Of a stretch of DNA of 64,000 nucleotides, positions 48,079 to 57,639 are shown piece by piece. The stretch spans positions 288,001-352,000 of the forward strand of contig CAVVHS010000007.1 of NCBI GenBank assembly GCA_963748215.1, read 5' to 3'. The translations under genes were made by a program, and so were the position numbers. Position 1 is the stretch's first letter; each line of letters begins with the position of its first letter. This DNA is from an uncultured Gammaproteobacteria bacterium. GTDB taxonomy: Bacteria; Pseudomonadota; Gammaproteobacteria; UBA9214. Under the pieces are notes generated by a model. It worked only from the letters and a program-made list of their open reading frames with translations. It did no database searches and was not told where the DNA came from.

Positions 48079-50541
48079 GTGACCACGGTGCCGGGCGCAC
48101 ATCGCGAGGCCCGCGTCCCGCTGCTGTCGGTGGCGCTGCTCTCGGTCAGCGTGCTGGCCTACGAGATCCTGCTCATGCGCCTGTTCTCGATCATCCAGTG
48201 GCATCATTTCGCCTACATGGTGATCAGCCTGGCGCTGTTGGGCTACGGCGTAAGCGGCACCCTGGTGACCCTGTTGCAAGCGCGGCTGATGGCGCGCTTT
48301 GCTGCGGTGTATACCGGCTGCATTGCCGCCTTCGCGCTGAGCGCCGTGTTCTGTTTTCTGGCCGCGCAGCAGGTGCCGTTCAACGCCGAGCTGGTGCTGT
48401 GGGACATGCGCCAGCCAGGGTGGCTGCTGTTGCTGTACCTGCTGCTGGCCGCGCCCTTTCTGTTCGCCGCCACGGCGCTGGCGCTGGCGTTGATGCGTTA
48501 CAGTGAGGCGATCGGCAGGGTCTACGCCGTTGACCTGGCCGGTGCCGGCCTGGGCGGGCTGCTCGTCATCGCTTTGCTGTTCCTGGTCACGCCGCTGCAG
48601 GCGCTTACCGTCATCGGCCTGCTGGCGCTGCTGGCCGCGGCTATCGGTGCGCGCGAGACCGGGCTGGTCAACGGGCGCCGGCTGCGCGCGCTGCTCGGTG
48701 TCGCCGCGCTGGTGCTGATCGGCGGTGGCCTGCATGGCGAATTGCAGCTCTCGCCCTACAAGGGACTCAGTCAGACGCTGCTGGTGCCCGGTACCCATGT
48801 CGTGGCACAGCGCTCGAGCCCGCTCGGCCTGCTGAGCGTGGTAGAAAGTACGCAGGTGCCATTGCGCCACGCCCCGGGCCTGAGCCTGCTGGCCACGCAG
48901 GAGCCGCCACCCCAGCTGGGCGTGTTCACGGACGGTGACGGCATGACGGCCATCACGCAGGACAGCGGCGAGCGCGCGGCACTGGCGTGGCTCGATCAGA
49001 CCACGTCCGCATTGCCGTACCACCTGCGCGGCATCGAACACGCACTGATCCTGGGTGCGGGTACCGGCGCGGATGTACTGCAGGCGGATTACCATGGCGT
49101 GCCGCGGATCACGGCGGTGGAACTCAATCCGCAGGTCATCGACCTGGTGCGCGACCGCTATGCCGCGTTTACCGGGCACCTCTACCAGCGTGCGGCCGTG
49201 CACACCGATGAGGCGCGCGGCTTCGTGGCGGGCAGCCCCGGGCGCTACGACCTGATCAACATCGCCCTGCTGGATGCGTTCGGCGCCGCGGCGGCCGGCC
49301 TGTATGCACTCAACGAAAGCTACCTCTACACCGTCGAGGCGCTGGAGGATTACCTTGCCCACCTGCAGCCGGACGGCTACCTGTCGATCACGCGCTGGGT
49401 GACGCTGCCGCCGCGCGATACGCTCAAGCTGTTCGCCACCGCGCTGACCGCGCTGCAGCGCCGCGGTGAGGCACACCCGGCCGACCACCTGGTGCTGGTC
49501 CGCAGCTGGCAGACCGCGACCCTGCTGGTCGGGAACGCGCCGTTCAGCCCGGCGGAGATCGAGCAGGTGAAGACCTTCGTGCAGCGCCTGGGTTTCGATG
49601 TCGCCTGGTATCCGGGCATGCCGGCGGTGGAGGCAAACCGTGTCAACCGCCTGCGCGAAGCGTATTTCTACCAGGCGGCCGTGCGCCTGGCCGGCGCCGA
49701 ACGGCAACAGTACCTGCAGGACTACAAGTACGACCTGCAGCCGGCGACTGACAACCAGCCGTACTTTTTCCATTTTTTCAAATGGAGCGCGTTACCGGAA
49801 ATGCTAGCGCTACGCGGGCAAGGCGGCATGCCGCTGCTGGAGTGGGGCTACCTGGTGCTGGTTGCCACCCTGCTGCAGGCGCTGCTGGCGAGCGTCGTGC
49901 TGATCCTGGTGCCGCTGCTGGCGCTGCGGCGCCGCGCACGCAACGCTATGGCCGACAGCGTCGGACGGGGCAGGGTGTTCGTGTATTTCGCGGCCATTGG
50001 CCTGGCCTTCCTGTTCATCGAGATGGCGTTTATCCAGCGCTTCACGCTGCTGCTGCACCATCCGCTGTACGCGGTCGCCACCACGCTGAGCGGTTTTCTG
50101 GTGTTCGCCGGTCTCGGCAGCCACTGGAGCCAGCGCTGGTCGCGGCGCAGGCAGCAGACGCGCGGCATCGCATTCGCGGTCGCCGGCATTGCCGCCATCA
50201 GCCTGGCCTGGCTCGTGTTACTGCATACCTGGCCGGCCGCGCTCACGGGCTGGTCGCTGCCGGTCAAGGTCGTGCTCACGCTGAGTATGATCGCGCCGCT
50301 GGCGTTCTGCATGGGACTGCCGTTTCCACTCGGCCTGTCGCGGCTGGCGGAACAGGCACCCGATTACCTGCCCTGGGCCTGGGGCGTGAACGGCTGCGCC
50401 TCGGTGATCAGTGCCGTGCTTGCCACGCTGCTGGCAATCCACTTCGGTTTCAGTGCGGTGATCCTGCTGGCGGTGCTTTTGTACGGGGTCGCAGCGCTGA
50501 GTGTGCCAGGCGGACGAAGTGTGATCGCTGCGCAACGATAG
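48079..50541 (+). CDS. Multi-TM protein with central spermidine-synthase-like SAM-binding domain
   Basis: YAVDLAGAGLG, LILGAGTGAD, VELNP, LYTVEA, PATDNQPYF, WAWGVNGCASV. Confidence 0.88.
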   Translation: MTTVPGAHREARVPLLSVALLSVSVLAYEILLMRLFSIIQWHHFAYMVISLALLGYGVSGTLVTLLQARLMARFAAVYTGCIAAFALSAVFCFLAAQQVPFNAELVLWDMRQPGWLLLLYLLLAAPFLFAATALALALMRYSEAIGRVYAVDLAGAGLGGLLVIALLFLVTPLQALTVIGLLALLAAAIGARETGLVNGRRLRALLGVAALVLIGGGLHGELQLSPYKGLSQTLLVPGTHVVAQRSSPLGLLSVVESTQVPLRHAPGLSLLATQEPPPQLGVFTDGDGMTAITQDSGERAALAWLDQTTSALPYHLRGIEHALILGAGTGADVLQADYHGVPRITAVELNPQVIDLVRDRYAAFTGHLYQRAAVHTDEARGFVAGSPGRYDLINIALLDAFGAAAAGLYALNESYLYTVEALEDYLAHLQPDGYLSITRWVTLPPRDTLKLFATALTALQRRGEAHPADHLVLVRSWQTATLLVGNAPFSPAEIEQVKTFVQRLGFDVAWYPGMPAVEANRVNRLREAYFYQAAVRLAGAERQQYLQDYKYDLQPATDNQPYFFHFFKWSALPEMLALRGQGGMPLLEWGYLVLVATLLQALLASVVLILVPLLALRRRARNAMADSVGRGRVFVYFAAIGLAFLFIEMAFIQRFTLLLHHPLYAVATTLSGFLVFAGLGSHWSQRWSRRRQQTRGIAFAVAGIAAISLAWLVLLHTWPAALTGWSLPVKVVLTLSMIAPLAFCMGLPFPLGLSRLAEQAPDYLPWAWGVNGCASVISAVLATLLAIHFGFSAVILLAVLLYGVAALSVPGGRSVIAAQR

Positions 50542-50586
50542 CCGCATCTGATGCGGTTCGCTGTGCTTACCATATCCTGCGGGCTT
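50539..50586. repeat. Degenerate REP-like palindrome at the left edge of the island
   Basis: agccgcatctgatgcggttcgctgtgcttaccatatcctgcgggct. Confidence 0.5.
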
Positions 50587-50669
50587 AAGCTGTTGATTCA
50601 CAGTACCCTGGGTAAGGAATTCGTAATTTACGAATAGTGATAAACGTATTCTGTCCCTGCCTATTCGTC

Positions 50670-51638
50670 TCACACGGAGATGACGACTTTTCCTCGCGCG
50701 TGTCCCTGTTCGATGTAGCCGAGAGCCGCAGCTGTCTCGCGCAGCGGGTACGTCCTGTCGATAACCGGCGCCAGTTTGCCTGATTCGACCAGCTCTTTGA
50801 GAACAACCAGGTCCTCGTGATTAGGTATCGAGAGATACCGGCGCAGGTTCTGGCGTACGAACGGTGACAGCATGAGCGGCTTGACCAGGCGGACCAGCAG
50901 TTCGAAGCCCTGCGCCCCTGAACCACTGTTGAGGATGAGTGTCCCGTCGGAGGTGAGTGCGCGCCTGCAGTCCGACAGGGTGCGGTTCTCCACGTTGTCG
51001 AAGACAAGATCGTAACGCTGACCACCCCGAGTAAAATCCTCCCGAGTGTAATCGATGACATGATCGGCGCCGATCGAGCGGACCATGTCCACATTTCCCC
51101 TGCTGCATACGCCGGTCACTTCTGCCCCAAATGACCGGGCAATCTGCACGGCGAACGTTCCCACACCGCCCGATGCCCCATTGATCAGGACCTTCTGTCC
51201 CGGCCGTACTTTTCCCACATCGCGAAGGGCGTGCAGGGCCGCGAGCGCGGAGGTTGGTATGGCAGCAGCTTCTTCAGGTGTGAGGTTTTCGGGTTTGTGT
51301 ACAAGCTCGTCTTCTCCGGCACGCACATACTCGGCACAGGTGCCGGTAGTCGCGCCGAACACCTCATCGCCGGGCCGGAATCGCTTCACATTGTTGCCCG
51401 CTGCCTCGACCCGACCTGCCACGTCGTATCCCGGAATGCCGTGTTTTGGTTTGAGCAGCCCGGTAGCCAGTCGCACGGGGAACGGCGCGCCTCGCACAGT
51501 GAAGCAGTCGCCTGCATGGAGTCCCGCAGCGTGAACGCGTACCAGCACCTGATCATCGTTGATGACCGGTGCGTCGATGTCCCTGAGTTCCAGGACATTA
51601 TCAGGTGCCCCGTACTTGTCTTGAACGATGGCCTTGAT
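50670..51638 (-). CDS. NAD(P)-dependent alcohol dehydrogenase / quinone reductase (MDR); apparent ATC start
   Basis: Frame extends to ATC-AAG-GCC-ATC (xKAIVQDKYGAPD) after GGAGG; INGASGGVGTFAVQIA; GHARGKVVI. Confidence 0.85.
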   Translation of the reverse strand: MKAIVQDKYGAPDNVLELRDIDAPVINDDQVLVRVHAAGLHAGDCFTVRGAPFPVRLATGLLKPKHGIPGYDVAGRVEAAGNNVKRFRPGDEVFGATTGTCAEYVRAGEDELVHKPENLTPEEAAAIPTSALAALHALRDVGKVRPGQKVLINGASGGVGTFAVQIARSFGAEVTGVCSRGNVDMVRSIGADHVIDYTREDFTRGGQRYDLVFDNVENRTLSDCRRALTSDGTLILNSGSGAQGFELLVRLVKPLMLSPFVRQNLRRYLSIPNHEDLVVLKELVESGKLAPVIDRTYPLRETAAALGYIEQGHARGKVVISV

Positions 51639-51965
51639 GGTAGCCTCCCGATCCGTTGACCGTTACGGTGGGTCAAACCCCTCCACATTATTCATACACG
51701 CCCTGGCGTGATGACGTACCGGATTCGATGTTGGTGCCTTGAATGAAATCTCCACAGCCCCTGACATGACGACACGAGCACTTGTATAGTTTCACTGTCT
51801 AGCAGAGCATTCTGCACCTTTAGGCAGGGAATATCCTGTTTCTGTTAGTTGCTATCCCTTCGTCGCGCTTTGAGTGCCGATTATTGCTGAGGCCGTTGAG
51901 GGAAATGGGCGGCCAACCGCAGAATTTCGACAAAAAGCATCACGGCGTCCGGATGAGAAGAATGC

Positions 51966-52274
51966 TCAGCGAGTACGCTGGCCACCGTCCGGCAATATCT
52001 GCTGCATCATCCCTGCCGGATTCATTTTTTGAAGCTGCTGGCTTCCCTGGGAGAATGTCTGCCCCAGGCCGCGAATGCTTTGCTCCATGCGCTGCATGGA
52101 CTCATTCATGTTTCTCACACTGTCCTGCATTTCGCTGACATCCTGCGAAATGGCGCCCACGTGTTCGGTCATCTCGCCCATCGATTTACTCATATCGAAC
52201 ATCAGCTTCAGAAATAACAGTGCAATGACTCCTGTGGCGAGTATTAATAGCGTCTGTGTCGGTTTGCTGGTCAT
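51966..52274 (-). CDS. Small single-TM Met-rich coiled-coil protein
   Basis: TM helix, then MSKSMGEMTEHVGAISQDVSEMQDSVRNMNESMQRM; ends MNPAGMMQQILP. Confidence 0.75.
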   Translation of the reverse strand: MTSKPTQTLLILATGVIALLFLKLMFDMSKSMGEMTEHVGAISQDVSEMQDSVRNMNESMQRMEQSIRGLGQTFSQGSQQLQKMNPAGMMQQILPDGGQRTR

Positions 52275-52342
52275 GGTATTGTTTGCCTCATTGGCTCAGC
52301 GGGTCTGATGCTATTGATTCGTCGATATTAACGGAGGCAAGC

Positions 52343-52474
52343 ATGTACATACAATTGCAACCACTCGCCGCATTGATCGCGGGCATCCTGATCCTGGCCG
52401 TGCCTCGTTTGCTCAATTATATCGTAGCCATCTATCTCATTCTCGTCGGTGTCATCGGCGTTTTCAAGCTCTGA
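52343..52474 (+). CDS. DUF3096-family small membrane protein
   Basis: GGAGG RBS; ALIAGILILAVPRLLNYIVAIYLILVG. Confidence 0.85.
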   Translation: MYIQLQPLAALIAGILILAVPRLLNYIVAIYLILVGVIGVFKL

Positions 52475-52583
52475 AACGCGGCTCAATCGGGACGTCGAAA
52501 AAATCCATACGAGTGGTGGATGTGAGCGGAAGAGTGGTAATGATTATTCCCAGTGCGGCATCATCATGGCATCAGTAAATGGG

Positions 52584-52775
52584 AACTTCCGGATTGGAGC
52601 GCAAATCCGACCTTCAGATGAAGTGATGTATCTGTGCGATCACGGTGTGGGTAACGTCAGACGCCGGCCACAATGCGACATTCCCGTAGCTCCTGTGAAG
52701 GTCAGGAACGCAGCAATAGTTGCCGTTCGCAGAATTCTTGGGTACTTCGTTTACCGATCAATAACGGGCTGTCTT
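52584..52775 (+). repeat. Cluster of 30-bp island units
   Basis: 52653 AACGTC-agacgc-CGGCCA-caatgc-GACATT; 52698 AAGGTC-aggaac-GCAGCA-atagtt-GCCGTT; 52584 31-bp variant. Confidence 0.7.
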
Positions 52776-52805
52776 TGGTTTTTACTCTGACCCCAAATCA
52801 TATAA

Positions 52806-52830
52806 GAAAAGGGGCCGTCAGGCCCCTTAT
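52806..52830 (-). terminator. Probable intrinsic terminator downstream of the Gly-rich gene
   Basis: aaaaggggcc-gtca-ggcccctt; U-tract on the minus strand. Confidence 0.65.
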
Positions 52831-52903
52831 CCGTTGCAGCTTAGGCGTCAGGGATGCAAAGAAACAGCTACACCCTGAAGCCTTTGGCCGGAATGGCTTA
52901 TCG

Positions 52904-53440
52904 TTACTGATAACTACCCGGCGGCGCAGCCCAGGGCTGCATTGGTGCCGGCTTGTTGGCCTCCTCGAGTTTCCTGATACGCGCCTTCAAACGTTGAATC
53001 TCAGCGGCACTCCCTGCGTCTGCCGGTGCACCCGCACCGGGCGCTCCGACATGGCCGGGACCACCACCATAGCCGGGACCACCACCATAACCGGGCCCAC
53101 CACCATAGCCGGGACCACCACCATAGCCGGGCCCACCACCATAGCCGGGACCACCACCATAGCCGGGCCCACCACCATAGCCGGGCCCACCACCATAGCC
53201 GGGACCACCACCATAGCCGGGGCCACCACCATAACCGGGCCCACCACCATAGCCGGGGCCACCACCATAACCGTAGCCTTGCCCCCTGTCATAATCATCG
53301 TCACGGTCTTTATCTTTATTACCACCCATCCACTTGGATGGATTCATCATATTACCCATATCCAATGCACAGGCCGGGTTGGCAAACAGCACGCTGACCG
53401 CCATAAAAATTATACTGATTGTTATTTGCTTGTTTTGCAC
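52904..53440 (-). CDS. Secreted Gly/Tyr/Pro-rich protein (sulfur-globule-protein-like composition)
   Basis: Signal peptide ending ACA; LDMGNMMNPSKWMGG; 12 x YGGGPG; short C-terminal coiled coil. Confidence 0.8.
   Translation of the reverse strand: MQNKQITISIIFMAVSVLFANPACALDMGNMMNPSKWMGGNKDKDRDDDYDRGQGYGYGGGPGYGGGPGYGGGPGYGGGPGYGGGPGYGGGPGYGGGPGYGGGPGYGGGPGYGGGPGYGGGPGYGGGPGHVGAPGAGAPADAGSAAEIQRLKARIRKLEEANKPAPMQPWAAPPGSYQ
53055..53270. repeat. 18-bp coding tandem repeat, 12 copies
   Basis: ccgggVccaccaccataR x12. Confidence 0.95.
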
Positions 53441-53611
53441 CGTCTATTCCTCGCGTATTATTAATGTAATCGTCAGCGGACAAACGATGCTGCCCGCCTG
53501 CCTCTCGACTACCCTTATCCCACTAGCCGGTCATGGGGTCAAATAAAAGTACATAAATGGGTTCTTATGCGAGGGATAAGCTCAAGACAGGTAGGTATAC
53601 AGCCTAATGTG

Positions 53612-53800
53612 AAGGTCTGGAAAGGGGCGGCTCCCGGTCACCTGACTAATTTACTCAGGAATTTCTCCGGGAACTTCCGAATCCGGCCAACAAGAGACCT
53701 TCTCGGTTACCGGCCTGAACGGAAAGTTCATAGACAACTGAGACGTTCGAACTGATTTTATTAAGAAAGCCCGTTTTCAGGACATTCCCTTGCCATTCGA
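53612..53800 (+). repeat. Cluster of 30-bp island units
   Basis: 53612 AAGGTC-tggaaa-GGGGCG; 53672 AACTTC-cgaatc-CGGCCA-acaaga-GACCTT; 53718 AACGGA-...-GACGTT. Confidence 0.7.
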
Positions 53801-54105
53801 ACTCTACATCAGCATTTGGTGATTAGATGATGTATAGCTTTCAGTCATAGTATTCGCATACAGCCTCTCTCCATTTGCTTCTATAGAGATCCAGGCCGGT
53901 GCATGTTGGACAACACGAACAGCCGGTTATGGAAAATCCATTATTAATCGAGACATCCCTTGCTGATGACGACATTCTAGCGATTGATGGCATTGCTTAT
54001 CAGGCAAGCGGAGTCGTGGAACGGCAACGACGATTTCCGAATCCCTGGTACACTGCGATCGGGACTGCGTTTCGTATAAATCATAGTCTGTGCTCGAATC
54101 ACAAA

Positions 54106-55470
54106 ATGTGGTCTGTTCGCCCATCAGCATTCCTTCTGCCGCTGGTACTCCTGCTCTGGCTGAACGGCGCCGGCGCACAACCCTTTGCAGGCATCCAACA
54201 ACCCGAATCGCCGGTTTCATTTATTGATATACCGCTGCGGCTGTCTCTCGAGCCCCTCATCAATGCGGCTGACAGGATGCTCCCGTACCAGGCTGGCAAC
54301 TGGCGCGCATGGAAGGACTGGCACGGTATAGATTCACAATACCGTGGCTGGCGCGGGCCGCTCAGCATTACTGCCTCAGGCAATGTGCTATTAGTACAGG
54401 CGCATATCCGTTACTGGATCAGGGCACAAAAAAAATTGCTTGGTGCAGTCACCCTGAAAGCCAGCTGCGGCATCGATGAAGCGCCACGACAGGCAGTAAT
54501 CGGCATGCAGGTGCTGCTGGAGTGGGGACCGGACTGGACCTTGAGACCGAGGTTTCGCATTCTGCCGACCCGGTTTCTCGACCGCTGCGAAATGACCATC
54601 GCGAATATCGATGTTACGCCCGTCGTCGAGACTGAATTCCGCAAGCAAATGCAGGAAAGCCTGCGTGCGGCACTCAAGTCGCTGGCTCCCGACGTGAATG
54701 CAATCCAGCGTCAGGCTCAGCAAACCTGGTCGTTATTGCAGGAACCGGTGGAACTCGGACAGGACAACTGGTTATTGCTCAGGCCGGCGAGTGTCGCACT
54801 GTCTCGCATAGACGGTGGGGAGAAATACCTCGACGCACATCTTGCACTGACATTGCAGCCGGCGCTGGTGACCGGAGCTGAACCCGCCGGTAAACCGGTG
54901 CCGCTGCCACCATTAGGACAGTATTATCCCCGGTCCGGCGAGTTAAATCTGCACCTGATTTTGAACCTGGATTTCCCCACACTCAATCAGCGGCTTTCCG
55001 ACACCCTGGCCGGCAAATCATTTGTCATCAAAGGTCAGAAGACCGGCATCAAAAAGCTCGACCTGGGGGGTAGCGGACAGGAAATCAGAGCCCGGATGGA
55101 ACTCGCCGGCGACCTGACCGGTACGGCGGAACTGCGTGCGAGGGTGGCCTATGATGCGCAACACCAGAAGCTTGAATTACAGGACCTGACGTTTGAGTAT
55201 GACGCGGAAGATTCCACCGTGGAGATGTTAGCGGAGGCGTTCCATGAACCCATCCGTCAGGCACTGGAAGACGCGGCTAACCAGGCATTGGCACAGCACC
55301 TCGATCTGCTCGGCGAGCGCCTTGGGACGGTTCTGAAGAAAATCATGCCAGCGGGTGTAGTGCTGGACCTGTCTGCCTTGCAGCTAAGCAGCGTGCAAAT
55401 TCTTATCGAACAACAGGGTATCAGGCTGGATGGAACCGCCACCGGGAGCGCCCGCCTGGTGTTACGCTGA
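54106..55470 (+). CDS. DUF4403-like exported protein
   Basis: Signal peptide; SCG.DE.PR; W.L.P; DRCEMT; W..LQEP.....NWLLLRP. Confidence 0.75.
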   Translation: MWSVRPSAFLLPLVLLLWLNGAGAQPFAGIQQPESPVSFIDIPLRLSLEPLINAADRMLPYQAGNWRAWKDWHGIDSQYRGWRGPLSITASGNVLLVQAHIRYWIRAQKKLLGAVTLKASCGIDEAPRQAVIGMQVLLEWGPDWTLRPRFRILPTRFLDRCEMTIANIDVTPVVETEFRKQMQESLRAALKSLAPDVNAIQRQAQQTWSLLQEPVELGQDNWLLLRPASVALSRIDGGEKYLDAHLALTLQPALVTGAEPAGKPVPLPPLGQYYPRSGELNLHLILNLDFPTLNQRLSDTLAGKSFVIKGQKTGIKKLDLGGSGQEIRARMELAGDLTGTAELRARVAYDAQHQKLELQDLTFEYDAEDSTVEMLAEAFHEPIRQALEDAANQALAQHLDLLGERLGTVLKKIMPAGVVLDLSALQLSSVQILIEQQGIRLDGTATGSARLVLR

Positions 55471-55543
55471 CCGCTTAGCACCAAGACCACGGCCGCGGCC
55501 TGCCCGCACTGTACGTGGACAGCGTGCTCCTAGGCTGTAATCG

Positions 55544-55668
55544 AAGGTCTTCTTACGCTGCCTTTCGTGCCATCTGATCGAATGTCTACAACGGGTCGGC
55601 TCTCATCGATTAGAGAAATCTTTTATAAGCGTCTCGTGTAGGGATGGGCTCGGCCAGAACTTGCCGTT
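55544..55668 (+). repeat. Cluster of 30-bp island units
   Basis: 55581 AATGTC-tacaac-GGGTCG; 55639 TAGGGA-tgggct-CGGCCA-gaactt-GCCGTT. Confidence 0.7.
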
Positions 55669-55873
55669 CGTGCAAACAAAAACGGCGTCCAGCGAATAAA
55701 AGAAGGCCGCCGGATGAATGCAAGTCTGTAAAGCCGCTTTCCTTCTTGCTATCCCGACCAGACCCTGCAGGCCAGTGCCTGAGAGGTACAGTCTGCGACC
55801 TGGCACTGCCTGGGGAGGTTGCCGTAGAGCGTCTCTGCGATATACTCGACATCATCTTATCGAGGGAGTAGGT

Positions 55874-56455
55874 ATGAAGATAATCAGAATGATAGTCTTG
55901 CTGACGCTACTGGCTGCACAGGGGCTGGCGTGGAGTGGCTTTGATGAGGGGCTTGCGGCAGCCAAAGCTGGAGACTATGCAACGGCGTTACGTGAATGGA
56001 GACCATTGGCTGAACAGGGTAATTCCAGAACGCAATATCATCTCGGGATCATGTATGAAAATGGTCAGGGTGTTCCGCAGGACGACAAAGAAGCGGTGAC
56101 TTGGTACCGCAAGGCGGCTGAACAGGGTCATGCCGGTGCGCAATATAATCTCGCACTCATGTGCCGCAAAGGCCAAGGTGTCCCGCAGGACGACGAAGAA
56201 GCGGTGAACTGGTACCAAAAGGCGGCTGAACAGGGGTATTATATGGCGCAAAACAACCTCGGCCTCATGTATGGCAGTGGTCTGGGCGTCCCGCAGGACT
56301 ATGTCCAAGCCTATAAGTGGTTCAACATTGCAGGCGCAAACGGTGATGAAACAGGAACAAAGAACCGAGATAGCGTTGCTGAAAAAATGACCCCCGCACA
56401 GATCGCAGAAGCGCAGAAACTCGCCAAGGAATGGATGGAGAAACATCAGCAATAG
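55874..56455 (+). CDS. Sel1-repeat (TPR-like) exported protein
   Basis: Three copies of (A)QYNLG.MY..GQGVPQD..EAV.WYRKAAEQG; MTPAQIAEAQKLA. Confidence 0.93.
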   Translation: MKIIRMIVLLTLLAAQGLAWSGFDEGLAAAKAGDYATALREWRPLAEQGNSRTQYHLGIMYENGQGVPQDDKEAVTWYRKAAEQGHAGAQYNLALMCRKGQGVPQDDEEAVNWYQKAAEQGYYMAQNNLGLMYGSGLGVPQDYVQAYKWFNIAGANGDETGTKNRDSVAEKMTPAQIAEAQKLAKEWMEKHQQ

Positions 56456-56560
56456 CTGATTGCCACTGTCGGCATTGTCCTACAAACCCACAACAAATCC
56501 AGATGGGACCTGTATGGCTCGTTAGTTCCATTAAGTGACCATTCATATAGGAGTCGGCTA

Positions 56561-56714
56561 AACGTCCGAGAAGGGTCGTCTCCCGCTGTTTAGAGGTTAC
56601 TTATATAGTAATTGTCCCTGCGTCTCAGTACGGCCAGACTGGACATAGACTATAGGCAAAAAACACCGCTGATGCGGGTTCATGTAGATCCTTGTTCAGC
56701 CAGGAACAGCCGTC
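56561..56714 (+). repeat. Cluster of 30-bp island units
   Basis: 56561 AACGTC-cgagaa-GGGTCG-tctccc-GCTGTT; CGGCCA-gactg-GACAT at 56631; CAGCCA-ggaaca-GCCGTC. Confidence 0.65.
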
Positions 56715-56806
56715 CAGAGTTTTCGCGAAATTGCCATGCGTTTCGGCTTTGGAAGAAAAGTGATGGTGTTTATATGTGCGTTTCACAATCGGCCTTGTAG
56801 TTGCTG

Positions 56807-57028
56807 TCAACGCGAGACTCCGCGCCAAATGAAAAGGCTTCCAATGACAACAAGTGCGATCATTCCTATCCAGTAAGCTTCTGGCGCGGTTTCCGGACAA
56901 ACGGGGTAACCACCAGTGCGCGAGGTTGCTGGGAAACAGCCAGTCACAAATCCGTAGGCAGCAAATCCAAGTGAAAGACAGCCCGCAACGAACATTTTAG
57001 GTCCCGAGTTGCCCCACCAATTAAACAT
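56807..57028 (-). CDS. Small 2-TM hypothetical protein
   Basis: GAGTAGG RBS-like; two hydrophobic helices; PEAYW motif. Confidence 0.6.
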   Translation of the reverse strand: MFNWWGNSGPKMFVAGCLSLGFAAYGFVTGCFPATSRTGGYPVCPETAPEAYWIGMIALVVIGSLFIWRGVSR

Positions 57029-57375
57029 AACCTACTCAAGCGATAAAGTGCCGACACTATATAAGTCCCGGGTCGTAATCCAACTTCGACGGAAAGTCGG
57101 AAAGCCGAGATAGCATGCCAGGGATATCGTCGGCTCCGATAGATATTCCTTTATTACTATATTGATAGTATGACTGTGAAAGTATGGAGGTCACGTAAGG
57201 GTCGATCCCGGAAGTACAGCCTGTAGGTCGCAATTCGGCCTGTTGTCTTGAAAAACTCCAATGACCTGCTGACGTCATTATGTTCATTTAGAAATCGTGC
57301 ATGAGGGCTTCCTGAAATCCGTAATATTTTGCAACATGACAAAGCATCTCACTCTCGTGCGCGGTCGATTTCTAG

Positions 57376-57585
57376 TAGCAGGGTTTTTCAACACTATCGG
57401 CCACAATGCGACATTCCAGGTGTTCACGTGAAGGTCTCAGTAGCAGTGCCAGTTCATTCGAGTAATTTACTCAGGTATTCCCCATGTTACTTCCGAGTGC
57501 GGCGAGAACCGGACGTTCCCTGGATGCAGAAAACCCTGCTAGTGCGGGTCTCCTGGGTGGCAACTTTAGGCCAGCAACAGGCGCT
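57376..57585 (+). repeat. Cluster of 30-bp island units with a 12-bp inverted repeat
   Basis: CGGCCACAATGCGACATTCC identical to 52665; 57488 TACTTC-cgagtg-CGGCGA-gaaccg-GACGTT; TAGCAGGGTTTT (57376) / AAAACCCTGCTA (57530). Confidence 0.75.
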
Positions 57586-57639
57586 GTGCCGCCGAATATT
57601 CTTTACGCTATTTCGTGATTGTCTGGTGATGCCAGAGTG

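Noticed and set aside
47290-49773. 827-aa minus-strand ORF
   Set aside because: Antisense shadow of pcm and the membrane SAM-domain gene.
53055-53270. Non-coding VNTR or CRISPR
   Set aside because: In-frame 18-bp repeat with third-position variation inside a signal-peptide ORF.
57057-57342. Intact CDS
   Set aside because: Two short overlapping frames without a clear RBS or motif; possibly a decayed gene, but unsupported.
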